Below are positions 62,867 through 64,000 of a DNA stretch of 64,000 bases, piece by piece. Position 1 is the first letter of the stretch. The number at the start of each line of letters is the position of its first letter. This stretch comes from Camelus ferus (Eukaryota), in NCBI RefSeq assembly GCF_009834535.1, contig NC_045697.1:94304001-94368000 (forward strand), in the 5' to 3' direction. The notes beneath the pieces are model-generated. The model saw only the letters and a program-made list of their open reading frames with translations, searched no databases and was not told the origin of the DNA. A program made the translations under genes and the position numbers.

Positions 62867-64000
62867 TGTATACAAAAATGAACTCAAAATGGATCACAGA
62901 ATTAAATGTAAAAGCTAAAACTATAAATTTCTAGTAAAAAACAGGAGATATTATTTATAACCTTAAATTAGCAAATAATTCTTTCATGCAACAGCAACAA
63001 CTCAATCTATAAAATAATGAATTGATAAAGTAGATTTTATCAAATTAAAATTTTAGTTCTTCAAATAATAATATGAAGAAAATTAAGCTTTCCATAGATT
63101 GGGGGAAAATATTTGCAAATCACTTGTATTTATAAAGTACTTATATTAAAAAAATAAAGATTCTTAAAACTCAGTAACATGAAAACAGCCCAATAAAAAT
63201 TAGACAAAATATTTGAACAGAAATTTTATCAAAGAAGATATATGAATACAAACACATTTGAAAAGATGTTGAACATCAGTAGTCATTAGGAAAATGTAAA
63301 TTAAACCTAAAATGACATGTCATTACATACCTAAATGACTAAATTGACTAAAATTAAAAACAAAATAAAATATAAATCAGCTGATCATATCAAACACTGA
63401 CAAGCATGTGGAAAAACTGGCAGTCTCGTATCTTGCTGGTTTGACTATAAAATGGTACAACCACTTTGAAAAACATTTTGACATTTCCTTAAAATAGTAA
63501 ACAAACACATATCTATCATATGTTCCAGTCATTTCATTCCTAGGTATTTACCCAGGATAAAAGAAAGTAAATGTTCATACAAAGACTTGGATGTGAATCT
63601 TTATAGTAGCTATATGTGTAATAACTCCGGATGGAAACTACTCAGATTTCCACCAATAGGGGGGTGAATAAACAAATTGTGGTTTAACCAAACAATAGAC
63701 TATGACTCAGCAATAAAAAGTGAGTGAATTATAGGTACATATAACAACATGGATGAAATAAAATAATTATGCTGCATTGAAAAAATTCTGACAAAAAGTA
63801 CATATGCTATAATTTCATTTACTCAAAACTCCAGAAAAAAAAAATCAATCTATAATGGAAGGAAGCATGTCCATGGTTGCATGAGGAACGGGATGAGGAG
63901 AGGTTCAAGAGGAAGCAGATTTCAAAAAGCCATGTGGACTTTTCAGGAGGCAAAGCATAGATTCAACTCTCTTAAATTGTTTCAAGAATGTATTCATATT

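Larger units (their letters stand above)
61620..64000 (+). mobile_element. Old L1 ORF2 (RT to C-terminus) + 3'UTR, decayed
   Basis: 'ISIDSERVF' (IDAEKAFD), 'ctactagaactaataaatgaatttag', 'NYKTLVREIKENLSNWSD', 'attcctaggtatttaccca'. Confidence 0.92.

Overview
AT-rich, CpG-poor mammalian non-coding DNA (intron of a large gene or intergenic). It is most likely camelid, judged from two tRNA-Ala-derived vic-1-type SINEs and the absence of BovB/Bov-tA, PRE1, Can-SINE and Alu. I found no intact protein-coding gene, rRNA, genuine tRNA gene or CRISPR array. Main content: (1) a two-LTR class I ERV on the minus strand (17011-20466) with a tRNA-Ile primer-binding site, decayed gag and protease but no RT/IN/env, inserted into an L2; (2) two related ~0.6 kb solo LTRs (6710-7347, 15170-15783); (3) a nested, 5'-inverted young L1-in-L1 (28022-29589); (4) many other L1 fragments, several with clear target-site duplications; (5) an ERVL remnant, MLT1/LTR16-type LTRs, Tigger/MER2 and hAT DNA transposons, L2, L3, MIR and microsatellites. 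A few repeat-free segments carry good splice signals (41334-41544 minus; 13674-13978 plus) and may be unannotated exons. Repeat family names come from recall of consensus sequences, not a database search, and boundaries of old repeats are approximate. I do not see convincing evidence of a wholly new biological system. The gag-pro-only ERV, the nested L1 and the candidate exons are the best leads.
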